64,000 nt of DNA from an uncultured Syntrophaceae bacterium (GTDB lineage: Bacteria > Desulfobacterota > BSN033 > UBA1163), in assembly GCA_964390545.1 (NCBI GenBank), contig CAYMJV010000003.1, positions 127-64,126 on the forward strand, in the 5' to 3' direction. Positions 62,790 through 64,000 of the stretch are shown one piece after another. The position numbers and the translations under genes were made by a program. Position 1 is the first letter of the stretch, and each line of letters opens with the position of its first letter. The notes under the pieces were generated by a model. The model ran no database searches. It was not told the origin of the DNA and saw only the letters and a list, made by a program, of their open reading frames with translations.

Positions 62790-64000
62790 TTAACACATTT
62801 TATCCCAAGCTATTTCCCCATTCAGGATCGTCATTTCCACCCCGATGTCTTTTATCTCATCGATTGGAGCTGCGGTTGGATCACGACTCAAAACCACCAG
62901 GTCGGCCAGTTTGCCAGGCTCAATCGATCCTTTGACCCTCTCTTGGGAGGTGGCTTTAGCCGCGTCCTGCGTATACATCTTTAAGGCTTCCAAGGGAGTG
63001 ATCTGCTCGTCAGGTAAAACGAAGTCTCCGGCCTCGGTCTTCCGAGAGATAGCTGAATAGACACCCAGGATTGGATTTGCCGGAACCACGGGACAATCCG
63101 AACTTCCAGCAACTCCAACGCCATTCTTGATGAGGGTAGATAGGGGGTATAAATGTTCCAGATTTGGTTTCGGGACGGTTTTGAGATACCGATCTCCATT
63201 ATAATAAATGAAAGAAGGCTGGGTAACCACCATAATTCCCAAAGAAGCTAAACGCTTTGCTAACGAGGGAGTGCAGACAGAACAGTGTTCGATTCGGTGT
63301 CTATGATCGGATCTCGGGGATTTCTTTAATGCATATTCTATCGCATTGCAGGCAGCCTCAATGGTTTTGCCTTCAATGGCATGGAGAACGGCCTGCAAAC
63401 CAGATCGATGAATGTCAAGAACCATCTCATTCAATTCTTCTTGGGTCGGATAGAGCCGTCCGGTGGTTTCATGCAGAATAACCTTTAGACCTTGAACCCT
63501 GAGGCGATTTTCATCGATTTGAGCTTGAAAGGGATGCTTTCGATATTCCTCATAACCTTCCATACCAAGGGCCATGCACACCCTCAATCTCAGCAGTCCA
63601 CTCTCTATCCAGCGTTGGAAAATTTTCCAGCGGCTAAGATCATTCCGAGGGGAAGCGTCGTGAATCGATGTTATCCCAAAAGAAGATAGCTGTTTATTTG
63701 CAAGCTTAACTCCTCGTTCCATCTGATCATGGTCAATTGGAGGTATGAGTTTGGCAAGATAACCACCCATCCCATAGAGTAACCCGGTTGGTTCCCCGGT
63801 TTGAATATCCCGATCGATAAGGCCATCTGTTGGATCGGCTGTTTCCTTTGAAATATTAACGAGTTGTAAGGCTAGACTATTTAAGACGTGTGCACGTCCT
63901 GAGCGATGTGTTAATTTTATTGGGTGAGTGGAAGTCGCACCATCAAGATCCCATCGTGTGGGGTGTCTTTTTTCAGCAAGATAGAATTCATTGTACCCTG
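62790..64000 (-). CDS. amidohydrolase-family (YtcJ-like, Amidohydro_3) protein, N-terminus outside window
   Basis: The minus-strand frame stays open from 63770 to the window edge (GYNEFYLAEKRHPTRWDLDG...GLLYGMGGYLAKL). Contains HRIEHCS, VTQPSFIY and GSDCPV, and ends ..VEMTILNGEIAWDKMC*. Confidence 0.85.
   Translation of the reverse strand, partial: GYNEFYLAEKRHPTRWDLDGATSTHPIKLTHRSGRAHVLNSLALQLVNISKETADPTDGLIDRDIQTGEPTGLLYGMGGYLAKLIPPIDHDQMERGVKLANKQLSSFGITSIHDASPRNDLSRWKIFQRWIESGLLRLRVCMALGMEGYEEYRKHPFQAQIDENRLRVQGLKVILHETTGRLYPTQEELNEMVLDIHRSGLQAVLHAIEGKTIEAACNAIEYALKKSPRSDHRHRIEHCSVCTPSLAKRLASLGIMVVTQPSFIYYNGDRYLKTVPKPNLEHLYPLSTLIKNGVGVAGSSDCPVVPANPILGVYSAISRKTEAGDFVLPDEQITPLEALKMYTQDAAKATSQERVKGSIEPGKLADLVVLSRDPTAAPIDEIKDIGVEMTILNGEIAWDKMC

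Overview
The window looks like a catabolic gene island from an anaerobic bacterium. That origin is inferred from desulforedoxin-type mini-genes, a glycyl radical enzyme and BcrB/BcrC-type proteins. All 53 intact CDS I can support between 1 and 62,280 are on the + strand. The only minus-strand gene is a partial amidohydrolase at the right edge.

Gene order:
- 3' end of an acyl-CoA ligase.
- Two desulforedoxin-type mini-ORFs that fall below the ORF-track length cutoff.
- A TetR regulator with a clear promoter and operator.
- A Dpp/Opp-type ABC importer with two tandemly duplicated binding proteins.
- CapA-like and MmgE/PrpD-family proteins.
- A BcrC/BcrB-like pair (2-hydroxyacyl-CoA dehydratase / benzoyl-CoA reductase superfamily) directly abutted by two family III CoA-transferases.
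- URO-D-family, MBL-fold and alpha/beta hydrolases.
- A transglutaminase-like/TPR protein.
- An NMO/FabK-like flavoenzyme.
- Two more family III CoA-transferases.
- A gene-decay zone.
- A second TetR regulator, then an Atu-like block: a fifth CoA-transferase, an acyl-CoA dehydrogenase, AtuA/DUF1446 with a small partner, two carboxyltransferase paralogues, BCCP and biotin carboxylase.
- An HMG-CoA-synthase-like/DUF35 fusion that appears to lack its catalytic residues, followed by an SCP-x-type thiolase.
- A glycyl radical enzyme with a non-canonical Cys loop (TCMIP), followed by its activase.
- A Liv-type ABC importer with an embedded acyl-CoA synthetase.
- A beta-oxidation / bbs-like block: Hbd, three crotonases, DUF35 plus thiolase, a CoA ligase, a family I CoA-transferase and an acyl-CoA dehydrogenase.
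- A second BcrC/BcrB-like pair.
- An acyl-CoA dehydrogenase fragment.

Intergenic gaps carry several families of REP/MITE-like hairpin repeats. I saw no rRNA, tRNA, CRISPR array or intact transposase.

The best candidate for something undescribed is the atypical glycyl radical enzyme, which appears co-transcribed with CoA-ester enzymes. The activator-less BcrCB-like/CoA-transferase modules are also candidates. All functional calls rest on motif and family recognition by eye. No database search was possible.
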